Made by a program: the position numbers and the translations under genes
Notes under the pieces: model-generated
Databases searched by the model: none
Told to the model about the DNA's origin: nothing
Seen by the model: only the letters and a program-made list of their open reading frames with translations
In this document: piece after piece, positions 33,125 to 43,029 of the stretch
Numbering within the stretch: the stretch's first letter is position 1
Layout: the number at the start of each line of letters is the position of its first letter
Assembly (NCBI GenBank): GCA_965213705.1
Contig: OZ243913.1
Location: 352,001 to 416,000 of the forward strand
Length of the DNA: 64,000 nt
Reading direction: 5' to 3'
Source: Trueperaceae bacterium
GTDB taxonomy: Bacteria > Deinococcota > Deinococci > Deinococcales > Trueperaceae

Positions 33125-33487
33125 ATGACTCGGGCGCACATCATTCAAACGCTCAGCAAGCACTTAGGCGAACTGCAAACACGGTTCGGCATTCAAAAGC
33201 TTTCCCTGTTTGGTTCGGTGGCGAGAAACGAGGCCGAACACGGCAGCGACGTAGACCTCGTCGCCGACTACGGCGCTGCTCCGACCTTTCGGCAATATAC
33301 GGATGCGTTGCTATACTTGGAAGACTTGTTGGGTTGCAAGGTGGACTTGATAACCCGTGACAGCTTGAAAAGTGAACTCATACCCGCCGTTGGGCAAGAC
33401 CTTTTGACCATCCAAAATGCCGCGAAACGCACTTCTGTTTCTGAAAGACATGCGCGTTGCCGCTTAAAAATTACCTACCAAGTGTAA
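33125..33487 (+). CDS. Minimal nucleotidyltransferase (MntA-type antitoxin), C-terminally extended
   Basis: LFGSVAR...SDVDLV...LEDLLGCKVDL; TACACT box 6 nt before ATG. Confidence 0.85.
   Translation: MTRAHIIQTLSKHLGELQTRFGIQKLSLFGSVARNEAEHGSDVDLVADYGAAPTFRQYTDALLYLEDLLGCKVDLITRDSLKSELIPAVGQDLLTIQNAAKRTSVSERHARCRLKITYQV
33417..33467 (+). pseudogene. N-terminal remnant of a HepT/DUF86 toxin
   Basis: ATG at 33417 reads MPRNALLFLKDMRVAA* at the position where hepT normally overlaps the MNT gene. Confidence 0.55.
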
Positions 33488-33534
33488 AAGAAATTGTAAG
33501 CAGTGGATGCGTTTTACCCAAGTAGGAGGAAGCT

Positions 33535-33795
33535 ATGAATGTACATGAGTTAGACCGCCGTCTGAAAGAAGAAGGCGTTAATCCTCGGTTTTACATCATT
33601 GGTAATGCTACTCCAGCAGACCAGTGGGTTATAAAGCAAGAGGCGAATAGGAAATGGCCAGTGTTCTATGGTGAGCGAGACTATAGGCTTGATGAGAAAT
33701 TTTTTCACTCAGAAGAGGAGGTAAGCCAGTACTTTTACAGATTGGTAATTAGTGAACCCGATGCTTTCTGGCGGCCAACTGATGGGGCAAATTAA
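33535..33795 (+). CDS. Orphan immunity-protein-like gene
   Basis: AT-rich, with an AGGAGG RBS. The pattern ELxxxLxxEGV...WPVFYGER...FHSEEEVSQYFY resembles polymorphic-toxin immunity proteins. Confidence 0.55.
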   Translation: MNVHELDRRLKEEGVNPRFYIIGNATPADQWVIKQEANRKWPVFYGERDYRLDEKFFHSEEEVSQYFYRLVISEPDAFWRPTDGAN

Positions 33796-33817
33796 CCCGT
33801 TCACGTTAAAGTAACCC

Positions 33818-34489
33818 ATGACTCGAGCCGTCTGCTTCGACTTCGACGGCACGCTGGCACATTTTCAGGGTGACTTTTTACAGCTTTTAGACGCCTTTCG
33901 CACCGAACTCATGCTCGGTCAATGCGACATGAACGCCTTTAATGAAGTGCTCTCGAGCGAACTCCAAGCGGCGGGGCGAGTGTCGCTACTGAGCGCCACC
34001 ACTCGAACGCTTGAAAAGCTCGAGCAAGGCGTTCCCAACGACTTGCAGGTCGTGACCGACAGGACGCTACGCGATTACAGCGCGCAAGTAACCCTGATGC
34101 CGGGTGCGCAGGAGGTGCTCAAGCTTGTCTCCCACCTCCCCCTCGCCCTCGTCAGCAACGGCCCCAGCGACATGCAGCGCGCGGCCTTGGCAAAAGTCGG
34201 CATAGAGTCTTACTTCAAAACCATCGTGATTTCAGGTGACGAAGACGTGGCGGTACGCAAACCGAAAGGGCGCATTTTCGAGCTGGCCTGCGAACGCTTG
34301 AACGTGCTACCGGAGAAGGTGTTGATGGTTGGCGATAACTTAGAGGCCGACGTTCAGGGCGCGCTCGCCGCCGGTCTGCAAGCGGTTTGGCTCGGGAATT
34401 CAGAGGTTGAGGGCATAGCTAAAGTCAGCGACCTCACGGCACTCCGCGCTTACCTCGAGGACAAGCTGGCAGCCGACGGAAAAAACTAA
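33818..34489 (+). CDS. HAD-family hydrolase
   Basis: FDFDGTL, SNG, KP and VGDNLEADV. Confidence 0.92.
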   Translation: MTRAVCFDFDGTLAHFQGDFLQLLDAFRTELMLGQCDMNAFNEVLSSELQAAGRVSLLSATTRTLEKLEQGVPNDLQVVTDRTLRDYSAQVTLMPGAQEVLKLVSHLPLALVSNGPSDMQRAALAKVGIESYFKTIVISGDEDVAVRKPKGRIFELACERLNVLPEKVLMVGDNLEADVQGALAAGLQAVWLGNSEVEGIAKVSDLTALRAYLEDKLAADGKN

Positions 34490-34514
34490 AGCGAACTTAT
34501 AGCGATGGCACCTG

Positions 34515-35279
34515 TCAAGAACCGGGTCGGGCGCGTCGCAGGTTCGCAAGGTGGGTCTCGGCGTCGAACGGGGCTAACTCGCGCGGCACGTCGGGCACAC
34601 GACCCTCATACAGGGCGCGCAGATAGGCGATGTTTTTCGCCAATAGTTCTTTGCCGCTGACGGGGCCGTGCGACGGAATGACCGTTTTGACCCGCGCGTC
34701 GCCGTGCCAGCGCTCCAACTCGCCGAGCCACGCGCCCAGCGGCGAATCCTCGTACACCATCGGAAAGGGATGCTCGCAGGCGTCGCCACCCAAAAGCACG
34801 CCGCGTTCGGGTATAAACGCCACGACGCAGTCCCGTGTGTGGCCGGGAAGGGCGTGCAGCTCGAGCGTCAACCCACCTAACCTGAGGCTGAGGCTTGTTT
34901 CGAACGTGTGCGTCGGCGGGACGAGCCGGACAGCCTCGTAGCGGCTGTCGTCGGCTTGCTTAGCCCGGAGGGTTCGCGCGACGTCGGCAGGGTCGTTGAA
35001 GCGCTCCAAACAGCTTTCGTGGCCGATGACTTCTTCCGGCTCGAGGCCGTCCGTACCCCAAACGTGGTCCCAGTCCGCGTGGCTGTACACGACGCTGAGG
35101 GGCTTGCCCGCCGTCAACGCAGGCACCTCTCTCATGTCGTCCGGGTGAAGGAGCGTGTCCCAAACGACCGCGCGCTCCTGTCCACTGATGACCGCACTGC
35201 AAACGTCGAACGTGTCGGTCGTGCGCCACAGCAGGTAAAGACCGGGGCTGTGTTGAACAGCAGGTTGAACGGTGTCCAT
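34515..35279 (-). CDS. MBL-fold metallo-hydrolase
   Basis: SHADWDH, PGHT, GD and PSHG. Confidence 0.88.
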   Translation of the reverse strand: MDTVQPAVQHSPGLYLLWRTTDTFDVCSAVISGQERAVVWDTLLHPDDMREVPALTAGKPLSVVYSHADWDHVWGTDGLEPEEVIGHESCLERFNDPADVARTLRAKQADDSRYEAVRLVPPTHTFETSLSLRLGGLTLELHALPGHTRDCVVAFIPERGVLLGGDACEHPFPMVYEDSPLGAWLGELERWHGDARVKTVIPSHGPVSGKELLAKNIAYLRALYEGRVPDVPRELAPFDAETHLANLRRARPGS

Positions 35280-35324
35280 AGGTCGAGTCTACGGTACGGC
35301 GAGCCTCAGCGAGTAAACTGACCC

Positions 35325-36536
35325 ATGCCCGCCGACGCCTTCCAACCAACCTCCCCCGAGTTTCTGGCGAACCCCTACCCTTTTTACAAGGAACTGCGCG
35401 AGACTGCGCCCATCTTTTTCTACGAGCCCTGGGGCAAGTGGATTGTGACGCGCTACGAAGACGTGAACGCGCTGCTCCGCGACCGCCGCTTGGGGCGGGT
35501 GTTGGAAAACCTGCGTGAGGAAGACCTGTTCGAAACTTTCGGCGCGGAGGCGGCTTTCGAGGTGTCGCGCATCGGCTCGCTGCTGGAAATCGAACCGCCC
35601 GACCACACCCGCGTCAGAGACGTGTTCCACCAGACCTTTACCCCAAAGCGTGTGCGCGAGCTGTCCGACAAGGTGACGGCGCTGTGTGAAAGGCTTGTGG
35701 AGGGGCTTAGCGCCCGTCCCGAGCGCCATGCCGACTTGATTGCAGACTTCGCCCAACCCATCCCGGTCACCGTCATCGCCGACCTGCTCGGCATCCCCGA
35801 GACTGACCGGCATCGACTCGTGCCGTGGTCGAGCGGCATCATAGGTTGGTTCGAGCCCGAGCGGACGCCCGCGATGGAGGCCGAGGCCGTCCGCTGCGCA
35901 CAAGAATTTATGGCTTACTTGAAAAGCCTTATCCCAGAACGGCGCGCCGAGCCCCGCGACGACCTATTCAGCGCCATGCTCAAAGTTCACGACGCCGAAC
36001 CCGAGCGCTTGAGCGAACTGGAACTCGTCAACAACTGCATCCTGCTCCTCAACGCCGGTCACGAGGCGGTGGTGAACGTCATCGGCAACGGGCTGTACGC
36101 GCTGCTCTCTCGCCCGGACCAGTGGACGCGCCTCAAAGCCGACCTGTCACTTGTTCCCACGGCCGTCGAGGAGATGATGCGCTACGACACGCCGCTGCAA
36201 TTTTTCGAACGCATCGTGCTCGAGCCCCTCCACTACCAAGGCTTGGACTGGCCCAGGGGCACCAAGCTCTGCCTTTACTACGGCAGCGCCAACCGCGACC
36301 CGGCGGTGTTCGCTGAACCCGACACCTTCGACATAAGCCGCTCGCCGAACCCGCACCTCGCGTTCGGGATGGGTTTGCACTACTGCATCGGCGCACCGCT
36401 GGCGCGGCTCGAGCTGCAAACCGCGCTGAGAACGTTGACCACGCGCCTGCCCGACCTGCGCCTGGTTGGTGACGCGCCTGAGTACCATCCGAAAAACGTG
36501 TTTCGCTACCTCAAAAAGCTCGAGGTCACTTTCTAA
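35325..36536 (+). CDS. Cytochrome P450
   Basis: PPDHTRVR, AGHEA I-helix, EEMMRY and FGMGLHYCIG heme motif. Confidence 0.95.
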   Translation: MPADAFQPTSPEFLANPYPFYKELRETAPIFFYEPWGKWIVTRYEDVNALLRDRRLGRVLENLREEDLFETFGAEAAFEVSRIGSLLEIEPPDHTRVRDVFHQTFTPKRVRELSDKVTALCERLVEGLSARPERHADLIADFAQPIPVTVIADLLGIPETDRHRLVPWSSGIIGWFEPERTPAMEAEAVRCAQEFMAYLKSLIPERRAEPRDDLFSAMLKVHDAEPERLSELELVNNCILLLNAGHEAVVNVIGNGLYALLSRPDQWTRLKADLSLVPTAVEEMMRYDTPLQFFERIVLEPLHYQGLDWPRGTKLCLYYGSANRDPAVFAEPDTFDISRSPNPHLAFGMGLHYCIGAPLARLELQTALRTLTTRLPDLRLVGDAPEYHPKNVFRYLKKLEVTF

Positions 36537-36966
36537 TCACGAGCCAGACCCCGAACACGAGCACGAGGATACCGAGCGCGCGGCCGAGGGTCAGCGGCCG
36601 CACCGCCGCCCCCAACCAACCGAAATGGTCGAGCGCCGCGCCGAACACGAGTTGGGTGACGATGAACAGCGTAAAGGCGACGACCAGACCGAGGCGGGGC
36701 ACCACGAAACTCAGCGTGCCGATGATGACGAGGCCCGCTACACCGGACAGGTAAACGTAAGATGGAACGCTTTGCCAAGCTTTCAAGTTGCCGCCCCTCA
36801 GGGCCAGCATGACGAGACCCACCAGCAGGCCGCCCGAGCCGTAGGTGATGAACACGCTTTCCAAAACGCCCAACCGTCCCTCGAGCACCCCTAAAAACTG
36901 AGACTGTACGACCGTCGCCACACCGCCCACCACGCACAGCAAAGCTAAGAAAAGCCACGTCGCCAT
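36526..36966 (-). CDS. DMT-family (YdcZ-like) transporter
   Basis: Several TM helices; QLVFGAALDHFGWLG. Confidence 0.88.
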   Translation of the reverse strand: MATWLFLALLCVVGGVATVVQSQFLGVLEGRLGVLESVFITYGSGGLLVGLVMLALRGGNLKAWQSVPSYVYLSGVAGLVIIGTLSFVVPRLGLVVAFTLFIVTQLVFGAALDHFGWLGAAVRPLTLGRALGILVLVFGVWLVIRK

Positions 36967-37025
36967 GTTGGTAGTTTAACCGGAGGTCGAGCGCCGACCG
37001 CACCGATTTACGATAGACTGAAACC

Positions 37026-37412
<387 letters not shown>

Positions 37413-37672
37413 GCGAAGAAGACCGGCGCGACTTGGCGAGGGCGGCTCGAGGGGGGCTGTGCGGCGTTTGCAGATATGCAAAGCTCATCAGAAGCAGTAA
37501 AGGCGGCATTTTTGTGATGTGTTCGCACCCCGAGTTGCCCAAGTATCAGGGGCAGCCAGTGCTGAGGTGTGGCGGCTTCAAGAGCCTAGAACCCGCAGCA
37601 AAGTAGCGGCTTGTGTCGTTTCGCCCTCTCAACCCTTACGCACCGGCGCCGACAAGCGGGTAAACTCGGGGC

Positions 37673-38287
37673 ATGGAAAACCCCAGCTGGCTCCACGTAC
37701 CCGACCGCGACGACCTCCCTGAAGACGTTCAAACCCTGTTCGGCAAGTTCGAGGACAAAACCGGCCTAATTCCCAACGTGGCGAGGGTCTTTGCGCTCAC
37801 GCCTCAACACTTTATGAAGTGGTTCAAGTATTACGACTTTCTGATGCGCAACGAAGAGAGCGAATTGTCCCGCAAAGAGCGCGAGATGATAGGTCTGGCG
37901 GTGTCGGCGCACAACCGCTGCGAATACTGCCTCGCCTCGCACAGCGCTTACCTGCGTGAGATTACGGGCGACCCGGCGCTGAGTGAACTCATCACGCACA
38001 ACTACCGCCGCGCGCGTTTGAGCGAGCGGGAGCGGGCGCTGCTGGACTTCGCCGTGAAGCTTACCGAAGATTCTTTCGAGATGAGTCCGGAGGACTTAGG
38101 TCCGCTACGCGATTTGGGACTTTCCGACGAGACGATTTTCGAGGCGGGCCAGGTTGCGGCGATGTTCAACTTTACAAACAGGTTAGCCAACGCTTTCGGT
38201 TGGAAGCCGAACGAAGAGTATTATCACCAGCACCGCGAGGTTAAAAAAGAGGCTGAGCGAGAAGCTGCTGTGCCAGCCGACGACTGA
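37673..38287 (+). CDS. AhpD/CMD-family peroxidase-related protein
   Basis: EREMIGLAVSAHNRCEYCLASH and FNFTNR. Confidence 0.9.
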   Translation: MENPSWLHVPDRDDLPEDVQTLFGKFEDKTGLIPNVARVFALTPQHFMKWFKYYDFLMRNEESELSRKEREMIGLAVSAHNRCEYCLASHSAYLREITGDPALSELITHNYRRARLSERERALLDFAVKLTEDSFEMSPEDLGPLRDLGLSDETIFEAGQVAAMFNFTNRLANAFGWKPNEEYYHQHREVKKEAEREAAVPADD

Positions 38288-39248
38288 GGAGAGAAGCGCA
38301 CAAAAACCCGCGCCCCGCGAACGCGCCATAAAACCACAGACCGGGCCCAAGTTCCCTCACCAACGGCTCGTTGCCCTCCTGTTTGGCCCGCACGCCCGTC
38401 CACACCGAGACAAGGTGGGCGTGCGCCAAGTCCTTGACGAACCGGCTCGCCGAACGCTGTAACTGTGCAGCCGCGCCGGAGTTGGTCTCACCTTCGGCGC
38501 GGTGGTTGCCTCCCACAAAAACATCCCCGTTTTTTTGAGCACCGTAGACCGCGCCCGCCAACGGCAAGGGCAGTGTGAGGTCGGTCTCGAGCCGCACCAC
38601 GTCCCCGGCTAAGTGCTCGAGCCCCGGCAGTTCCAAACCCGGTACGCGACCCGCGCCGACGCAGAGCACGACCCGGCCGGCGCTGAAAGTCTCGCCTCTC
38701 GAGACGACGTTCCAACGCGCGCCCGTTCGGGTGATATGTTCGACCTTGTGACGCTCGAGCGTCGCCGCACCGCGCCTTTCAGCTGAGCGGACGAGGGCGG
38801 CGAGGAAGGTTTCGGGCTCGAGCCAGCCGCCCCGCTCGACCAGCAGAGCGCCGAAGGGCGCGTGGTAGGGCGGCGGCACCTCGGCGGGCGGTAAAAAGAC
38901 GGTTCCCGGCAGCGTGCGCCACTTGTCGGCCTGCTTGGCGTTCGAGGCAATGCGCAACACGCCGCCGAGATGAACGCCGGGCTCGAGGCCTTCGCGCAGC
39001 AACTCGCTTTTCAAGTCCCGCATGGCAGCCAGACCCGCCGAATCGAGGTCGCTGGCCCTGGCCGTGCGGCCGCGGTGCGGGTTGAGGAGGGCCACGGGCA
39101 CGCCGGAGGCTCCCTGGCCCAGCGTCCCGGCCTCGAGCAGCGTCACCCGCACGGGGAACTTGCTGAGTTCGTAGACGAGGCTGCACCCGGCCACGCCGCC
39201 GCCGATGACAACGATGTGGGGACGATTGTCATCTTGTGGAGCGGGCAC
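38241..39248 (-). CDS. FAD-dependent oxidoreductase (MnmC oxidase-like)
   Basis: IGGGVAG, GASG, WTGVR and GRG; lies near the MnmD-like methyltransferase. Confidence 0.8.
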   Translation of the reverse strand: MPAPQDDNRPHIVVIGGGVAGCSLVYELSKFPVRVTLLEAGTLGQGASGVPVALLNPHRGRTARASDLDSAGLAAMRDLKSELLREGLEPGVHLGGVLRIASNAKQADKWRTLPGTVFLPPAEVPPPYHAPFGALLVERGGWLEPETFLAALVRSAERRGAATLERHKVEHITRTGARWNVVSRGETFSAGRVVLCVGAGRVPGLELPGLEHLAGDVVRLETDLTLPLPLAGAVYGAQKNGDVFVGGNHRAEGETNSGAAAQLQRSASRFVKDLAHAHLVSVWTGVRAKQEGNEPLVRELGPGLWFYGAFAGRGFLCASLLSRRLAQQLLAQPLF

Positions 39249-39289
39249 GGTTGCCAGTATAAAGGGGACAAGATTAGGGAGACGTTTTC

Positions 39290-39847
39290 ATGTACCCACT
39301 TTTATTAGGTCTGCACAACCTTACGCGCTGGCTCGTCCTGCTCGCGGGTGTGGCGGCGCTCGTCACGGCCTACTGGGGTTTGTTCGCCAAGCGCGATTTC
39401 GGCGGCGTGGACAAGGCGACGGGCGTCGCTTTTACGGCCCTGTTCGGGCTGCAGGTGGTGCTCGGGCTCGTTCTTTACTTTATCGGGCCGTGGGGGATAA
39501 AGGCCTTGCCGAACCTGGACGCGGCCGAGGGCGGCGCGCGGGTGCAAATCATCTTTTTCAGCATGTACCACATCACCTTTATGTTGGTTGCCCTGGTCGT
39601 GGCGCAGCTCGGCTACTCGCTCGCTAAACGGGCTGCGACGGGCCGCCAGGCTTTCCGCCGCGCGGCGCTCGGCTACACGTTTGCGTTGGTGCTGGTCTTT
39701 GCGGCGATTCCCTGGGGCATCCGCCCGAACTGGCGGAACCTGGCCTTAAACACCTTGGGGCCGGTCGGTTTTGCAAACCCACAGCATCTCGCGCTTGCCG
39801 CCGGGCGGGCCGGGGCGTTTGTGAACCTCGAAGCCGACCCGTTGTAA
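39290..39847 (+). CDS. Four-TM membrane protein with His in helices 1 and 3
   Basis: LHNLTRWLVL, QVVLGLVLYF, YHITFM and AIPW. Confidence 0.78.
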   Translation: MYPLLLGLHNLTRWLVLLAGVAALVTAYWGLFAKRDFGGVDKATGVAFTALFGLQVVLGLVLYFIGPWGIKALPNLDAAEGGARVQIIFFSMYHITFMLVALVVAQLGYSLAKRAATGRQAFRRAALGYTFALVLVFAAIPWGIRPNWRNLALNTLGPVGFANPQHLALAAGRAGAFVNLEADPL

Positions 39848-40450
39848 ACGCCTGCGCACCTCGCCCTTGACCGAGTAAGAAACGAGGACGCCGCCGGGCT
39901 CGAGAGCGCGGTACAAACCTTCAAAAAAACTCTCCGTCCACAGTTCGGGGTTGGCGTCGGGGCTGAAGGCGTCCTGGTAGACGGCGTCATAGGTATCATC
40001 TACGAAGGTTCGCTCGGTTGCTTCACCCACAAGCAGCTCGAGCCGCACCTCCCCGAAACGCCACTTGTAAACCCCGCCGGGCACCGTTTCCGGCAGCGCG
40101 CTTCTGAACGTCAGGTAAGACTCGATGAGTTCGGGGTGCTCCAAGTGAGCCTTGTACCCCAGCTCGCCGACGACGCTCGCCATCAACAGTTCGCGCTCGA
40201 GGGCCGTGTAGCTCAACAGGGTCCCAGCTTTCAGCGCAGCGTCCGCACTGACGAAAAAGTTCAGGCCGGTGCCGAAACCGACCTCGAGCACCTGCACTTT
40301 TTCGCCGTGGGTCAACTTGTCAGGCACGCCGGACGCCTCTAAAAAGACGTGCCGCGCCTCTTGCAGTGCGCCCCGGCTCGAGTGAAAAGTTTGCTCGTAG
40401 ACAGGGCTGAACAAGGTAGCGCTGCCGTCCTCGGTGCGGGTGCGGTACAC
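39746..40450 (-). CDS. mnmD: tRNA 5-methylaminomethyl-2-thiouridine methyltransferase (MnmC N-terminal half)
   Basis: TEDGSATL, FHSSRGA, EVGFGTGLN, DAFSP..NPELW and GPPGGKREM. Confidence 0.88.
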   Translation of the reverse strand: MYRTRTEDGSATLFSPVYEQTFHSSRGALQEARHVFLEASGVPDKLTHGEKVQVLEVGFGTGLNFFVSADAALKAGTLLSYTALERELLMASVVGELGYKAHLEHPELIESYLTFRSALPETVPGGVYKWRFGEVRLELLVGEATERTFVDDTYDAVYQDAFSPDANPELWTESFFEGLYRALEPGGVLVSYSVKGEVRRRLQRVGFEVHKRPGPPGGKREMLWVCKTDRPQGV

Positions 40451-40498
40451 CCCGCCAGTTTAAGCTTTGCCGGTCCCGGGTGAACGCGGTTTGGCCTC

Positions 40499-41203
40499 AT
40501 GGGGTATAGTTCGAGAAAGGATGACAAACCTACGCTCGACACCGCCGGGGGCGCTGCAGTGGCGGTAGTGGCCGACCTCGAAGGGACGCTCACCGTCGGC
40601 GAGACGTGGCGCGGTTTGGACCGCTTTCTCAGGGCGCACGAGCGCGCGGCAGACTACCGTTTGTTTTTTGTAAAACGGTTTCCGGGCGCACTCGCGGCCC
40701 GCTTCAACCTTATCGACCGACGCAAGTTTCGCGACGCGTGGCTGACCGAACTGCCCCAGTTTTTCAAAGGCATGAGCGAGCGCGAGTTTGCAGAGGTTGC
40801 CGCCTGGGTCGTCGAGAACGAGCTGTGGCCGCGGCGCCGTCACGACGTCATCGCGGCGCTCAGAGTTCACCAGGCGGCGGGGGAAGACCTTGTTTTGTCG
40901 TCGGGCACGTATCAGCCCGTCCTGGAAAGCTTTGCGAGGCGACTCGGGGCGCGCGCACTCGGCACGCCGCTGGCGGTAGAGAACGGCGCCTTGACCGGCA
41001 AGCTCGGCGGTGCGGTCAACGTCGGCAAGACCAAGGCCGAGCGGTTGCACGACGCGCTCGGCGTGGCGCGGCTTTACGCCGCTTACGGCGACACCGAGGC
41101 GGACGTACCTATGCTGCTGCTGAGCGACCGGCCGGTCGCCGTCTACCCGGACAAGGTGCTCAAGACAACCGCCACGGCGCTCGAGTGGACGATTTTGGAC
41201 TAG
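40499..41203 (+). CDS. HAD-IB family phosphatase (start uncertain, possibly GTG at 40559)
   Basis: DLEGTL, SSG, K and YGDTEAD. Confidence 0.85.
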   Translation: MGYSSRKDDKPTLDTAGGAAVAVVADLEGTLTVGETWRGLDRFLRAHERAADYRLFFVKRFPGALAARFNLIDRRKFRDAWLTELPQFFKGMSEREFAEVAAWVVENELWPRRRHDVIAALRVHQAAGEDLVLSSGTYQPVLESFARRLGARALGTPLAVENGALTGKLGGAVNVGKTKAERLHDALGVARLYAAYGDTEADVPMLLLSDRPVAVYPDKVLKTTATALEWTILD

Positions 41204-41247
41204 GTTGAAGTTCGCCGGTCACGGAGTTGAAGCTCGTCGGTCACGGA
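41204..41247. repeat. 22-bp tandem repeat, 2 copies
   Basis: GTTGAAGTTCGCCGGTCACGGA and GTTGAAGCTCGTCGGTCACGGA. Confidence 0.8.
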
Positions 41248-41288
41248 GTCGGCGAGAGGGCGCGAGCGGCTTCAGCGAGCACCCCAAC

Positions 41289-41981
41289 CTAGCGGCGGGG
41301 AACGATTTCTATGTTGCTCGTCACCTTGACGACGACGTCGGCGGGCAAGACGCCGCGCAGGGTCGCGCCGCTGTAAACGAGGCTGCGTGCGCCGACGACG
41401 GTGCCCGGTGCGGTTACCGCGTTGCAACCGACGGAAACGTGGTCACCGAGCGCCGCGCCGAACTTGCGTAGGCCGGTCGCCACGCCGCCCACGTGAATTT
41501 CGTCGCCGAAGGTCTTGAAGTTGGCGAGCTTGACACCTGCGCCTAAGTTGACGTTCGTCCCGAGCACACTATCACCGACGTAGTTGAGGTGCGCGGCCTT
41601 GGCGTGGGGCAAAAACAGCGAGCGCTTCACCTCGGTTTTAGGGCCGACGACCGCGCCCGGAGCCAGCACCACGGGTCCGCGCAGGTAAGCGCCGTGCTTG
41701 ACGGTTGCGCCCGCACCCAACCACACCGGACCCTCGAGCAACGCGTGCGGCCCGACCGTTGCGGTTTCGTGCAAGTAGAGTGCGCCGCTGACGACGGCCG
41801 TGGGGTGGACGGTTCCCGCCCGGTGGTCGCCGAGCCCCTGCAAAAAGGCGTCCAGTCGAGCCAGGACGTCCCAGGGCTGAGGTACGTCCAGCAAAGCCCG
41901 CAGAGCGTCGGGGAGGTCGGTAGGGTCGAACAGGTCGCTGGTACTGGGAACGGGTGTACTGGGAACGGGGGCGCTGGGCAT
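41289..41981 (-). CDS. Left-handed beta-helix acyltransferase (GlmU C-terminal-like, stand-alone)
   Basis: HLNYVGDSVLG..VNLGAG, KFGAALGD and hexapeptide repeats. TACACT box 6 nt before ATG at 41981. Confidence 0.85.
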   Translation of the reverse strand: MPSAPVPSTPVPSTSDLFDPTDLPDALRALLDVPQPWDVLARLDAFLQGLGDHRAGTVHPTAVVSGALYLHETATVGPHALLEGPVWLGAGATVKHGAYLRGPVVLAPGAVVGPKTEVKRSLFLPHAKAAHLNYVGDSVLGTNVNLGAGVKLANFKTFGDEIHVGGVATGLRKFGAALGDHVSVGCNAVTAPGTVVGARSLVYSGATLRGVLPADVVVKVTSNIEIVPRR

Positions 41982-42132
41982 CCTCAGAGTGTAGCGCGCC
42001 GCGTTCCAGTGGGGCGTTAAAATGCTCCTAATACGCACCGGTACGGTGCGCGGAGCCCTCTGCCCAGGTCTGCAGCGGAAGTAGCAGCTCTTCTAAACCT
42101 GGACTAATGGAAACAAACCGGAAAGGGTACAC

Positions 42133-43008
42133 ATGCACTACCTCATCGTCAATCCGGTGGCGGGGCGCGGCCGGGCACTGGCGCAGCTAGGGACCGTAGA
42201 GCAGTTTTTCAGGGCCGAAGGCTTGGCGCTGCGCACCCTTGTGACGGCGCGCCCCGGCCACGCGACCGAACTCGCTCACGAACTGCCCGAAGACGCCCTC
42301 GTTTTGTCGCTCGGCGGTGACGGCACCCTTCACGAGATTGCCGCCGCTTGTTTGTACACGGAGCGCACGATCGGGATTATTCCCGCCGGTTCGGGCGACG
42401 ACTTCGCCCACGCGCTGGGTATCTCCAGGACCGACCCGGTTGCCGCCTTAGGCGTCGTCAAGGCAGGTCATCGGCACCTGTTCGACACAGGTCTTGTCAA
42501 CGGTCACGTGTTCGTCAACGCGTTCGGCGTCGGCTTCGACGCCGACGTGGCCTACGGCGTCAGAGAAGCGCCCCTCGTGTTAAGAGAGCGTGGGGCTTAC
42601 CTGTACACCGTCTTGGCTAGGTTGGGCCGCTTGCAAAACGTGCCGGTCGTCGTCACGGTCGATGGTGCAGAGGTTTTTAGAGGCGCGGCCCTGCTCGTGG
42701 CGGTTCAGAACGGCGAGCGAACCGGCGGCAGTTTTCGCTTCGCTCCCCACGCCGTACCCGACGACGGGCTGTTGGAAATTGTCATTGCCGCCGACTTCGG
42801 GCGGTTGGGCACCCTGCGAATTTTACCCAAAGTCATGGCCGGGACCCACTTAGGCCACCCGCAAGTTTTCAGCTACCGGGGTCGCGACATTACCCTGGAC
42901 TGGGCGCGGGCGCGACCCGGCCACATGGAGGGCGAGTTGCTCGAGCCCGCCAAACACTTCCGGGTTCGCGTGCAACCGGCCTCACTGCGCGTCTTTGCAC
43001 CTCGGTAA
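42133..43008 (+). CDS. Diacylglycerol/lipid kinase family (YegS/DagK)
   Basis: NPVAGRG, GGDGT, PAGSGDDF and GFDA. Confidence 0.9.
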   Translation: MHYLIVNPVAGRGRALAQLGTVEQFFRAEGLALRTLVTARPGHATELAHELPEDALVLSLGGDGTLHEIAAACLYTERTIGIIPAGSGDDFAHALGISRTDPVAALGVVKAGHRHLFDTGLVNGHVFVNAFGVGFDADVAYGVREAPLVLRERGAYLYTVLARLGRLQNVPVVVTVDGAEVFRGAALLVAVQNGERTGGSFRFAPHAVPDDGLLEIVIAADFGRLGTLRILPKVMAGTHLGHPQVFSYRGRDITLDWARARPGHMEGELLEPAKHFRVRVQPASLRVFAPR

Positions 43009-43029
43009 AGAGGCAAATGGCTCTTGACT

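Noticed and set aside
40521..40568. Short ORF MTNLRSTPPGALQWR after TATAGT and AAAGG, suggesting a frameshifted HAD start
   Set aside because: In-frame starts at 40499 and 40559 explain the gene without a frameshift; this cannot be resolved by eye.
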